Shown here: positions 10,370 through 21,150 of the stretch, one piece after another
How the letters are laid out: the number at the start of each line of letters is the position of its first letter
Numbering within the stretch: the first letter of the stretch is position 1
Assembly (NCBI GenBank): GCA_000091205.1
Contig: AP006502.2
Source: Cyanidioschyzon merolae
Taxonomy: Eukaryota
Direction: 5' to 3' (one strand)
Length of the DNA: 64,000 nucleotides
Made by a program: the position numbers and the translations under genes
Notes under the pieces: generated by a model
Databases searched by the model: none
What the model saw: the letters and a program-made list of their open reading frames with translations, nothing else
What the model was told of the DNA's origin: nothing

Positions 10370-10980
10370 TTGGAATTCCTTACGATACTGGAGTCACGAC
10401 TCCAGATGCCCTCGAACAAGCGTTCGTAAACTAATCGACATCATAATCCAGTGTATACGTACAGGCATCCAATCTTCCCATTTCGTTATATGGAGCATGC
10501 TCGGATCACACTTCGTACAAGTTTTCGATCATTCTAATTCATTGCAACTCGTCGAAATAGCAATACGAGGGAAAAAGCTCGACCTTGCCCCTTGACGACT
10601 TGTTCAGAAGCTCTCACCGGAACCTCACTAAACTGCTCACTGCAAATAACCGATTCTCCTCGAAGGGTATATGCTCATCATTTCTAGGCCATCGACGAAG
10701 TGGCGCTTGGTGGCCTCATGATACCTTTCGCATGATACGCTGCCTGGGGTTCCCGTCTCTTCGATTTGGGAGGGAAAGAGTGTTGCATTCGGACTCGGGA
10801 GATCACAGCGATCGCTTCTAGTGGAGTGCGCGCCACCGTTTTCCACGGCTGGGGCGTAGACCTATCGAAATTTCCTGGGTTGTCATCCTGCCTGAATTTT
10901 TCCTGCGTTGCTTGGTTCATCAAGGACACGATCGCATTCCACAAATCCTCTAAAGAAATGGAACAGCATGCGCTTCCAGG
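10370..10980 (+). repeat. Composite interspersed repeat, copy A (part-1 forward + part-3 reversed)
   Basis: Part-1 (10374-10600; ggaattccttacg...atcataatccag...catgctcggatcaca) matches 20597-20950, 25750-25920 and, in reverse, 31100-31300, 47100-47350, 58600-58990 and 35900-36190. Part-3 (10680-10975) is the reverse complement of 46729-47000, 30672-30930 and 58358-58600. ORFs on both strands (10083.., 10684.., 10766..) reflect DNA-level similarity, not genes. Confidence 0.8.
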
Positions 10981-13166
10981 TGCATCGAAAAGCGTCCTCG
11001 CAGCCGGCGATCGCCAAGACCAAACAGCGATCGTCGGGTACGGCACCGTGGAGTGCAGAAACGGAGTTCTGCATCAAGATGGACCTTTTCAACGCCTGTC
11101 AAGCGGCATGGATCGACCGATGAAGCAAGTGTCCTCGAAGCACAAGGTGACGCGCTTTGAGAGATGTTCGGTGGACGCATGTGAACCCCTGGCCACTCGG
11201 AAGTGTTGCCGCTGCGGGGACGCACCGATGCTGTACACAACGACGACGAATCCGGTAAGCGAAGCATGGATCGAAACATCCACATCTGCATGAGATTCAT
11301 CCATAACACCCGAGAAGGGAGAAACAGAGACTTGAATGCGGGTATCAACATTCTTGGATCGCTGGCAACCGAGCTCGACGGCCAGATACGGTCGGCGGAT
11401 GTACAGTTGGATATCAGAGAGTGGAAAAGAAGCAGTCAGACCAAAAACCCGCAATGACTAGCGCTGACGATCGTCGAAAGAGCCCAAACGGTTGTGTGTA
11501 CACCCGATTTGGAGTACCTGTCCATTGTATTCTTGACATGGGTATCAATATGATGAACGTCGATCGCGAATCAGGTATGTGGATGCCAAGGGCGCATGCG
11601 CAGACGCGCTCCGATAGGTTGCAAGCGACTTGATCTCTTCAAGGCGCAGCACGAACAACAGACGCATGATCCTTCAAACTGGCTTTGCATCTCGGAATGA
11701 GAAACTTATGGGAGCTGCTATGCGAGAGTTTGCAAGCTCGACTGTTCAAAGCCTGACCAAAGCGAATTTCGGTCTCTGGGTTTCACAGATACGACCGGTA
11801 ACTGCCAAAGACGTCGAGGCGAAAGTTTGCTTGTTTTTCGAAACGCGTTTGGCGCAACGAAAAGTATTGTGGCGCGTGACCAGCAACGGCAAGCAATTCC
11901 AGCAAAACGATGACAACCCACATGCGCGAGTGCTGACCACGCGGCTCAGTTGCGGACTAGAAACGCCTTCTTGAAACAACGTGGTTTGATCCCGCTCGTT
12001 CCTGCCTGGTGGAGAATTCCGATCCAGCAACCGAGCGCGTGCAGTGGGCACACCGAAGGACGTCGCCGACCTGGCGCCAGCATCGACTCGACGTGTCCAG
12101 TTGTCGCTAAACAGGATCATTTAGCTGGGGGCGCCTACGCACCAGTCACTGTGATGCGACCAAGACACAGCGATTGGAATACTTGGCTGTTTCTGAATTT
12201 GCGTAGAGCGTGACTTTCAAAGGGGCTGAGAAATGCAGCTGCGGACAGCACCCTGAGATCCTAAACAAGGCGCTTCCCAGAGATCTCTCAGCGCGCAGCG
12301 AACAACACGAATCTGCCAGTCGAAGCGAGAAGCGCGGATGCCGTCTGTACCTGCGCGTTGCCACAAGCCACGAGACTTTTTTGCAAGCTTCACTTGCCAC
12401 TTTCGGAGCGCATGGTGTTGGTGAGCGGTATTGTTGCAGTTTTCCGAGCGAACGGCACGTCGCCACTGTCTGCATCGCTGCAGGTTCGAAGCAATCTGGT
12501 GGATACTCGTGAGCTGCCGAAAGGTACAACCTTCCTGCATGAGTGCTCGTCAGCGTTGTTTTTTATCTTCGTTGCAATTCAATGGCATCGACGCGCGCTG
12601 TTTCCGATATATTTAATGGTAACGGCTCCGGGACGCACGTTTAACAAGTACACCAGTTCGGAGCCGCGTCTTAATCGAGAAACGCGGGTCGTTGCAAATT
12701 CCTTGCAGAGCCAGAACGACACGCAGGATGTCGCGAAGCCGTCTACGCAATTCTACCGACTCCTTGACAAGTCCAACTTCATATGGAACACGAGCACGTC
12801 AATGAGAGCGTCCATAGTCTGTCTGGTTGCCAGAGAGGTGGCCCCTGAAAGCCGGCCTTTGCCGTCTCCTGAATCAGGGACGACGCAAACAATTGCACAC
12901 CGGAAACGAAACACGCTATTCGGAAACGTGGGTTCACCACGGCAAAGCCGCGTTCAGCGTGATACGCTCGCGTGTGGTTCACCGAAAAACGCGAGGCATA
13001 CCCTCGGCGGAACAAACCGCAGGGACCCCTGCCTGCATCGTCGCGGAATTTCAAACGCTTCCGAGCATGCTGGTCTCCGACTGCTTCCTCGGGCGTTCAG
13101 CGCTGCCGATGACGACCATCATAACCAGGGTTCACGACTTGGGGCGCCAAACGGATGTGGGGATTC

Positions 13167-13727
13167 TCACGATGGTGCGGGAAATCTGTCCGAGGACTCA
13201 TCCGCGGACAGGTGCTGCTCTAAGAGCGGCAGACGTTCGTGGAGAACCATTGCAAGATCTGTATTTTCCAGGACTCGCTCTCGTGCTGCTGTCTCAAGGT
13301 GTTGCAGCACTCGTTCAAGGTCCTCAACGAGCGATTCCGTGCTTTCGAGTTCTTTCCATTCGCGCTCACTGAGCGCGCCACTTGTATGCAAATCTGCAAT
13401 GGCTTGTCTTATAGAGTCAGACGAGGGTTTCGAGGCGCGCTTTCGCCAAACTGTTTCGGACGCCTCCAGTTTCCGTTGGACCGGTGTCGCAAGTTGTTGC
13501 TCGTCGTCCGACGCTCTAGTCCTCGGTCTGCGACCTGTACTCAGCCGCTGTGCAGATACAGGTTTGGGCGGCTGCAACGCGTCACCTGGTGCTACCTGTG
13601 AATCCGTTTCTGCGATTGAGACTAGACTGGTAATCCGGGGAGTTTCTGGCGGACTTTGATTCAACTGCGGGTTCTTCGGAGAACTATTCACTAGTGAAGA
13701 GCATGAACCCACGACATGGTGGTTCAT
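13167..13727 (-). CDS. Hypothetical charged/coiled-coil-like protein (weak)
   Basis: 186-aa ORF with a protein-like charged C-terminal half (REWKELESTESLVEDLERVLQHLETAARERVLEN). It overlaps a 433-aa low-complexity ORF on the opposite strand. No homology recognised. Confidence 0.2.
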   Translation of the reverse strand: MNHHVVGSCSSLVNSSPKNPQLNQSPPETPRITSLVSIAETDSQVAPGDALQPPKPVSAQRLSTGRRPRTRASDDEQQLATPVQRKLEASETVWRKRASKPSSDSIRQAIADLHTSGALSEREWKELESTESLVEDLERVLQHLETAARERVLENTDLAMVLHERLPLLEQHLSADESSDRFPAPS

Positions 13728-15084
13728 GGCAGATCACTCTGCCAAAGAATCACTCCGAGTCCCGGCAGTTCTACAACGCCTGCTTCGAGTCCCTCTGCGT
13801 CAGCCAAGCTGACGAACGGAACCGAGCCCAGCCTGACCGAGCCGGACTCCGAAGTTGACCTCCACTCTATCGGACACACAGACTAACGTAGTTTCCTTCT
13901 CGGAGAGGCGTCTCCTGGTATATCTATTGCTGCGTTTCCAAGGTGTGCCTCGTGGGTCCGCCGCCAACCGCATCCGCCACCTGGTGCGCCGTACGAACAA
14001 GCGATCCACCGGTTCACGCACCGACGCCGACTTTAAAGCTCCGAATGAAATGTACTTCAGATTTTCCGCGAAAATCTTTGCTCTCTTGCCAGTTTTCAAC
14101 TGGAATGCGCATAATATGCGCGACCCGAACGTTGCAAACAACAGCGCTTCGACACGTGGCTAGGGCAAACGCTGCCATCGACGGTGGACGGTTGTGGCGC
14201 GCCGCCCGCCCTCGAGAGTGCGTCTACAGACGCCGACGCGCAGACGCCTCCCAGACTTGTGTCGATCGGCTGCCTGCTCTCGATTTCAGCTGCTCCTTGT
14301 ATATCTCGAGCATGAGAGGCTGATCCACAAAAAGTCGGCTTGCGACAGCTTTCCGGGCCTCGTCTTCAGGACTACACAGAATCTGGTGTTGATGACGGCA
14401 TTCAAGTCCCGGTTCGCGAACGCCATGTATTTATAGGCGCTGATGGAACTCATACAAGCAAGGAGTCCTCAAACTCGTGCCCTCTGTGTCGCTACAGTCT
14501 CGCCATTGTCGCGTCGGGCAAACTGCTTTTGTCGCATATCTCCCCTGTTCTTCTTCGTCGCTTGCTCGTCTCCGTTCGACGTTCGACGAGAAGAGGATTC
14601 TTTTTCGTTTTTTCTGGCATCTGGCGACGACGGCGCTCCAGGATCTTCGACTTTTATGTCCATACCTTTTCCTTGGAATTTGTATTTCTGTTAATGGAGA
14701 CACTGGTAGATGCCCTTTCGTGAGGATCCCCTTGGAGGGCAAGGGATTTGCGGAAGGGAAACGACATGCGCCCCAGCGGTATCGTGCTTCATGCTTCAGC
14801 GATTTTCCTAGTGGAGCGATCATCACGTTGTACGATAGAAAACACTCCTTCGATGGGTTTGAGCCACGGATCCTCTAGAGGTTTGAAAAGAAGCTCTACC
14901 CCGATATAATCTCAAAAACCGCGAACGCAAGGGGAATGCTGGAATGCCGCGTTATCCAATAGAAGAACGTCGCGAGATGTCAGGGAAAACTTCTTCAATG
15001 ATTCGATGAAGTCTCTGGTTTACTGTGATCCTTGTCTGGGAGCGATACTGAGGCCGCCAAACGAATCCACTACAGCTAGAACAT

Positions 15085-15654
15085 ATGATGATGTCGTCGC
15101 TCTCTTCGGGCTCGGTCGTACGTACAACAGTTCGCTGCTCCGCGAATACCCATATAGGCTCCGGCGGTTCCGTCCGAAGCAAGTCCTATCGACTGAGAAA
15201 ACAAGCCGGTGTCCCTGTGCTTCACATCGATTGCAATGTTCAACGAATTCTATCGTTGCGATTTCGGTGGAAGGTGGCGCTCAATGAACTAGGAATTTCA
15301 AGGGACTGTATCTCAGAAATTTCAGGACCAAACGAAAAACTGCTGAGTACCAGACACACGCGTGGCAGCTTCCATCATCGCCCTTACTTTCCCTCGATTG
15401 ATCAACGGGTCGTTTTTCTACCAGTGACCGCAAGCAGTCCAAAAAATATGGCTCTCTGGCACTGTGCGCATATACTTGATTCGAGGATTGTTCCTGAGTT
15501 ATCTGAGTACTGCGTTTTGACCGACATGAAGGAAAAATACAGTCCTCCTTGCACTGTTCAGAAAAGAAAATATACTAAAGGCAATTCATCTATGATCCAT
15601 ACGGTACATTGCATCGTGATGTCAATCTCCTGCTATAGACCCCAACGGAGATGA
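15085..15654 (+). repeat. Repeat family 2, copy 2 (forward)
   Basis: See the 2520..3101 entry. MMMSSLSSGSVVRTTVRCSANTHIGSGGSVRSKSYRLRKQAGVPVLH matches the minus-strand MLMSSLSSSSIAHKTGSFPTNTHIGSGRIIRWNDRRLRKQTVVPVLH; also shared are FPSIDQRVVF/FPDNDQRVVL and KGNSSMIHTVHCIVMS/QGNSSAIHTVHGIVCS. Confidence 0.8.
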
Positions 15655-17226
15655 AGCAAAACTGAGCTCAAAGCCTCTAAGCCGGACGGTGTCGACAGAT
15701 GCGCTTCGATTCATGGGCGTGCCTGCGACGGACACGGTGACGATGAGGTACTCTGGGAATAGTCGATCCATGCAACTCCATAGAGAAGGCGAGTTTCGAT
15801 CTCACTGTTCACATAGTGTGTCTGAGTCGCAAGGAACAAACCGCTATGAAATATGGTAAACACATGCTTGCAACGAGTCCAAATCAAGGAGCAGGCGAAA
15901 AAGGAGCTAGTCTCTGCATGCAAGTATGAAACATGCGAGCCAAAGCCTAAAGAGCGTTGGCGGAGCTCGTTCCAGGTTTGTAGGTTATGAAGCAAACATT
16001 GAAACAAGTCTACAAGGACGATAGGGACCGACGGAACACCAATCTGTGCGCATATTCGTAAACCTCGGCCAGCGCCGAGCACCGACACGCATGTTCAACT
16101 GTGCCAGGTGGATGACGAGAAAGACTTTATGGTGGGTGCGGATCCCTGCTTTGAGGACGTTATGGTCGTCGCCGTACCTCTACATCAAGAGAATGGAGCC
16201 AAAGTCTTGAGCGCAATGCAAATGTACCTGCTCAGATTCTACAGGGATAGGTATCAATGGGAGGCGGGCATCATGGACGCCAGGAGGCATACCGACAAGT
16301 GCAATGACAACGTCGGAATCCATGACGGCGATCTGCGCACCGTATCGAGCAGAAGTGGATATTTTCTGTACGCTTCACTCAGAACGCGTACCTGGGCGTC
16401 GAAATGGCACAGGCACACGATCTATGGCAGGGGCACGTGAGACGGCGCTGGGGTCGCCAACGATGTCTATTGCGCAGAGGCAAGCAGCGTGCATTTACCA
16501 ACCTATCTCATGCGTTCGCAAAAGAAACCGGGGATACATTGCGTCGCGTGGCGGTAGTCTACGGTGTCGGACGTGTCGTATCCCGCAAAGCATGCACGCG
16601 TATTCCGTCGCGGGCCTGCAACGCGTGCTGGAATCGATTCTGTACGATTCGCGTTAAAGTCTCGAGAACAACACGCTCGCATCACGAGCACGGAAACACG
16701 CGGAAACGGTAAGTGATTTGAAAATTAAAACAGAGTCCGGTACAGGAGGTGGTGTACTGTAAGGAGACCAAACTCCAGATGGCGCGGCAAACAAGGGTAA
16801 GAGGCTTGCTATGGTATGATTCCACCATCAACAATGCGAAGAATCACTTTTTGCGACCAGAATTGAACGCCTTGATTAGCATACGAAAGGATGCCGCACT
16901 TGCGGAACGTCCACCGGCTTTGTTTCGAGCGAACGTTCGATGTCGTCCTTCAGCAGTCAGCGTGGGCATTATGCTGCAACGCTGCAGACTTTCGATGCAC
17001 GGAACCAGCGGCGAGGATATAGAAATTGGAACTCTCACCGCAAACAACGCTCTGGTGTCGAACAGCACAGCAACAACGTTTGTGCTTCGTGTACGCATAC
17101 GCACTGGAAACGATACTCCAAGGCAATCAGAGCACGATAATGACGCCCCAAGATTCGATATCAAAGAGTATCGCTTGCGCACAGCTCAGCGTCACGACAT
17201 CCAATCGTGAACATATCTGCAGAAGC

Positions 17227-18570
17227 TTATAAACCTCGTCGATTCGACTCCCGAGCGAGCGGAATCGAGGGCAGTTTCGCATCGACTTGATCAGCAGCAC
17301 GCCTCAGCTTCGTCATTTCATCCAAGTCAAGGCGCCAGCCCAACGCCTGTGCATTTTGTTGAGCTTGCCAGGCGTTTTTCGCTCCCGGAATAGGTATGGC
17401 TATCGTCGGTTTCTCCCCAGCGGCACGCATCTCGCCTGCAGTGATGACATAGTTCAAAGCGACTGCCGCAAGCGAGACCTGGCGCTTCGCAGCGATCCGC
17501 TCCATCTCGCTGAGCAGAACATCCACGCGTTCCACAAGGGACGCAGCGAGTCGTTTTCTCACGCCAGATGGCAGACGTCCTTTCCGATATCGACCGGTGA
17601 GCAGGCCCTGAGCCAGCGGCGAATATGCTAGAATCTGAATGCCGCGATCTGCGCAGATTTCGCAGAGCGTTCGATCGTCGGTGGCACCCAGGCACCGCAC
17701 CGTCTCCGGGTCTCGGTGCAGGAGACTCCACTGCACCTGATTTGAGGCCAAGGGCACCTCGTGGACTTGGCGGAGATACGTATCGCATTTCAGAAGGCGA
17801 CTGGGGCTGAAGTTACTCACACCCACGCATCGGATGAGGCCTTCGTGGTAGGCCTCGGCGAGGGCGTCCCAGATGGGTTCGTCGTTTTCGCCGACAAACG
17901 CAGGCCAGTGCTGCTGGTACAGGTCGATGTTTTCAAGACCGAGACGGCGCATGGAAGCTCGCAGTGCTCCCAGCACAGATCGACGCACCGTTTCCCGGCG
18001 CTGCGGTCGACTGAGCCATCCCAGCAGGTTCAGCGATAAGCCGGCAGTTCGCCAAGGAAAGGGAGCGTACTTGGTGGCAACATTTATTTCGGGGAGCGGC
18101 GAGTCAGGACCGGCATTTGCGAGAACCTCTTCCGTCACTTGGCGACCGATGCGTCCCACAAGTTGCTCGGAGCGCCCCGGAGGTGTACCGTACACCTCCG
18201 CGGTATCGATGAGCGTGACCCCGTTTCGCAAGCTTTCCCGCACCGCATCCGTATTGTCTTCCTCGGAAGAGCTGCCCCAGTAAAACCGATCACCGAAAGA
18301 CCAAGCACCCAGGCCAAGTGGTACTCGCAGTTGCACGCCACCGTTGCGGCCAGCGAGCAGCACAGGCTTCTCCGCGGCATACGCCACGTCTCCTGATCGA
18401 GTGGTCAAACAGAGACCGAGCGACCGTGCCGAACGCGGTGCGCCCGCAAGCGACGACCCAGGTAACACTGGAAGCTTCACAAGGAAAGCAAGCTTGGAAT
18501 CCATAATCGTTGTACCTTTTCGTCGGTACAAGCGACACTCACTTGTTCGAGGTGAACACGGCAAATTCAC
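17227..18570 (-). CDS. Aldo/keto reductase of the plant/algal plastid type (At1g06690-like) with N-terminal extension
   Basis: 447-aa ORF. LGLGAWSFGD...TLIDTAEVYG, INVATKYAPFPWR, IDLYQQHWP, IRCVGVSNFS, PLASNQVQWSLL, ILAYSPLAQGLLTGRY and IPIPGAKNAWQAQQNAQALGWRL are collinear with the AKR fold and closest to the plastid AKR family. The ~70-aa N-terminal extension may be a transit peptide. Confidence 0.85.
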   Translation of the reverse strand: MNLPCSPRTSECRLYRRKGTTIMDSKLAFLVKLPVLPGSSLAGAPRSARSLGLCLTTRSGDVAYAAEKPVLLAGRNGGVQLRVPLGLGAWSFGDRFYWGSSSEEDNTDAVRESLRNGVTLIDTAEVYGTPPGRSEQLVGRIGRQVTEEVLANAGPDSPLPEINVATKYAPFPWRTAGLSLNLLGWLSRPQRRETVRRSVLGALRASMRRLGLENIDLYQQHWPAFVGENDEPIWDALAEAYHEGLIRCVGVSNFSPSRLLKCDTYLRQVHEVPLASNQVQWSLLHRDPETVRCLGATDDRTLCEICADRGIQILAYSPLAQGLLTGRYRKGRLPSGVRKRLAASLVERVDVLLSEMERIAAKRQVSLAAVALNYVITAGEMRAAGEKPTIAIPIPGAKNAWQAQQNAQALGWRLDLDEMTKLRRAADQVDAKLPSIPLARESNRRGL

Positions 18571-19185
18571 ACCAGCATTAACGGGTGTGCGCGGGCGGCG
18601 CGTTTGAGCGTACGCATGCTTGCAGCGTAAAGGCGCTGGGGCACGGGATTGTAGCGTTGATGCAGATCCAACTTGTTACGCGAGTGCTGACTGTAACCTG
18701 GAAAGTGTTCAGCTACGGTGGAGCTGCCCTGCACTGATGCAACACCGGCAGTAGGCGAAGCATTTGCAGTATTTCGGGATACACCGTGCCTCTGTTTCGT
18801 GGACTGCTCATGCGATGAACGTCAATCGTCTAGCGCATGTTCGAGGAACTTCGTTTTGGAAGCAGAACAAACCCCCGTTCTTGCGTGTCCTCGACAGCTA
18901 CCTCATTCTGAGAGGTTGCTCTGGCTGCAGCGAACACTGCCGTGGTGCAACACGTACCAGTGCTGAGCGGCACCTTGGCCGGTCGGTGACAGCTGGCGCT
19001 CATGGACCGCCGAGAGGAGTTCGCTGCCACAGGCACTGGATCTCAATCGTTTCGATCGCTGGGAGCTGTCGAGAGCCCCATGCATCGTAGTGCGTTCTAT
19101 GCGTTGTAATCTGCGATTTACACCAAAAAACAGCAAGTCCAAAGTCATCGATCCTTGCGGATATGTGCAGCGCTTTTCGTAGTGC

Positions 19186-20106
19186 TTAACGTTCCGTTCG
19201 ATCCTTGGATAGGATAACTGCATCTCTGGCGGCAGCGATGGCCTCTTCGGGGAGCTTCAGGTGCGGCAGCTTGCCCGGAGGCGGCATCTTGCTTCCGCTG
19301 CCGATCAATGCGATCTTGTTATTGCAGGCGAGACCAGCCCGTGACGGTGAGTTCAGAAACTCCTGCAGCCGCTCCAAACCGTGCACGTTTTGACGCAGCT
19401 GCGAAAGATGCGGGAACGCTTTCAAGCTGCCAGGCAAACAGGTCTCAATGTGATCGAGCAGCTCTGCGAGGAAAAGGTCCGCGTAACTCGGCTCAGACCC
19501 GCCAGTTTGCTGAACAGAGAGAAAACGGGGATCGGAGCCCTTTGCGCAGGCTGCAACTTTGTGCCGACGACAGTAGGATTCTAGCGCTACCAATTTGGGC
19601 ACCATCATTTCCGTATAGACCTGGATGGCTTGGTCTGCAGACTGGGAGCCGTAGCAGGCTCGCGCTGTGGCGCCATTCAACTCCATGACGATATTCGCGA
19701 TCATGTCCACGTATGGATCATTGGCGCCTAGTGCATACTCGCTCACCTGGTGACCGTACGTGCGAGCAAGATGCCGCAGAATCGCAAGTGTCTCCGTGAT
19801 GGCGATCGGGCGCGTTGCGTGCTCACCACGAGCATCGATGAGGTATGGCAAGTTTGGAAAATCGAGTCCAAGCCGGTGTTTCACGGACAACCACGCGTCC
19901 CTCGAGAAAGGTACGTCGTCGTTGTAGTCGCCCTGCACATAGCGCCTGTCCACGAAATCGAGGTTCAGATAGTAGAGCAGGCAGCGAACCGGGGATCCCA
20001 GTCCCCGAATGTCCCAGTACCCGACAACGATAGAGCCGGGTTCACCGGCCGGTGGACTGCGTTCACCGACGGGTTTATCCACTCGATCGACTCGCACGGT
20101 TGGCAT
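19186..20106 (-). CDS. Mu-class glutathione S-transferase-like protein with N-terminal extension
   Basis: 306-aa ORF. VVGYWDIRGLGSPVRCLLYYL...RDAWLSVKHRLGLDFPNLPYLID...ITETLAILRHLAR and C-terminal LKAFPHLSQLRQNVHGLERLQEFLNS follow the Mu-class signature (GYWDIRGL...LGLDFPNLPYLID...LDAFPNLKDF...FEGLEKI). Confidence 0.85.
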   Translation of the reverse strand: MPTVRVDRVDKPVGERSPPAGEPGSIVVGYWDIRGLGSPVRCLLYYLNLDFVDRRYVQGDYNDDVPFSRDAWLSVKHRLGLDFPNLPYLIDARGEHATRPIAITETLAILRHLARTYGHQVSEYALGANDPYVDMIANIVMELNGATARACYGSQSADQAIQVYTEMMVPKLVALESYCRRHKVAACAKGSDPRFLSVQQTGGSEPSYADLFLAELLDHIETCLPGSLKAFPHLSQLRQNVHGLERLQEFLNSPSRAGLACNNKIALIGSGSKMPPPGKLPHLKLPEEAIAAARDAVILSKDRTER

Positions 20107-20596
20107 GCTTCAGAGTTATAAAAAATTGGCTTAGAATTATTGCCGAGAAACTTCAGTAGCCCAGTAGCGTCTTTCGCGGCAGCCCCGAGGCGTCTCGAAA
20201 CCTCTACTCCCAAATGAAGCACGCTGGTACATAGGACGAACGCGCATGCGTGCGCCGCTTCAGAGGTGACATCTCGATACCGTCCGTTAAGTTCTAAAAG
20301 TTACAGAAAAATACATGTTCATGGAGAATGCCGCTCGAGAGGACGACGTCGGATGCCAGCGAGAGTTCCGAGGAGACAGAGCGACGCGTTCGTGCGCCTC
20401 GCCTGGATATGCAGCGTTTCACATTGGTACTGCCTCGCCGAGCGGGTGACCTGTGATCGAGCAGGAGAGCTCATTGACGCTGCATTCGTGTCAGGCGAGA
20501 ATGCGACACTGGACTGCTCGTTCTGTAAACGCGTTGAGGTTTTTGCGTACGTTTTAGGTGGACAAGCCTTTGGCTTCGAAATGTAGCAATAAGGGT

Positions 20597-21150
20597 TTAC
20601 GAATTCATACGCTTGTTCGGGGTTTTCAGTCCTCGTTTTGGTAGCGGGTCCTTCGATACTTTGCTGCTCGATTTCATGAGGTCAATGGAATCAAGATGTT
20701 TCACGACGTATTTGGACATGGGTTTGTGAAACAATCGATATCATGATCCAGCTCATACGAAAAAGGCTGTAATCTTCTCGTTTCCTTTCACGAAGCATGC
20801 TCATATCATGGTTCTTCAATTTTTCAAGCCTTCCGTTCCAAAACATCTCGTGGACCAAGCAAATAGCGCTTCTAGATTGATGAGCAAAGAATTCGACGTG
20901 GTTCCATAAAGCCATCCTCACGAGCTCATACCAAAAAATGACTGAACGCGTCAGATCGAATCATCGTTTCTGTTCGAAATACAAATGCTTCTTCCTTGTT
21001 GCTATCGAGAAATCAGAAATCGACTGCAACGCGATACATCTCTTGGGAGATACAATGACAGGCTCCTGTTTCTCCTTTTTGCATACATGATAGTCTTGGG
21101 CTCGGACTTGAGCCATCGCTGCGATCGCCTCCGGTGATGCGAGCGTCACC
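20597..21150 (+). repeat. Composite interspersed repeat, copy B (forward; part-3 possibly extends to ~21300)
   Basis: 20690-20930 aligns with 10440-10590 (atcatgatccagctcatacg...catgctcatatcatgg vs atcataatccagtgtatacg...catgctcggatcacac). Minus-strand ORF 20961..21149 (SPEAIAAMAQVRAQDYHVCKKEKQ) matches the part-3 end seen at 46900-46960 (APLEAIVAMARVRAQHPILCKRKRR). Confidence 0.75.

Noticed and set aside
10083-11293. ORFs 10083..10595, 10684..11046, 10766..11293 and the similar ORFs at 20691..20921, 20961..21149, 26008..26385, 30672..30920, 46723..47104, 58358..58597, 35388..36128
   Set aside because: Their peptide similarities occur on both strands and include in-frame stops in some copies, so they reflect DNA-level copies of the composite interspersed repeat rather than a protein family.
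12358-13659. 433-aa plus-strand ORF, the largest in the gene-poor block
   Set aside because: Extremely Ser/Arg/Cys-rich low complexity with no motif. It overlaps an equally plausible antisense ORF (13167..13727). It is typical of chance open frames in GC-rich DNA, so it is not called as a gene.
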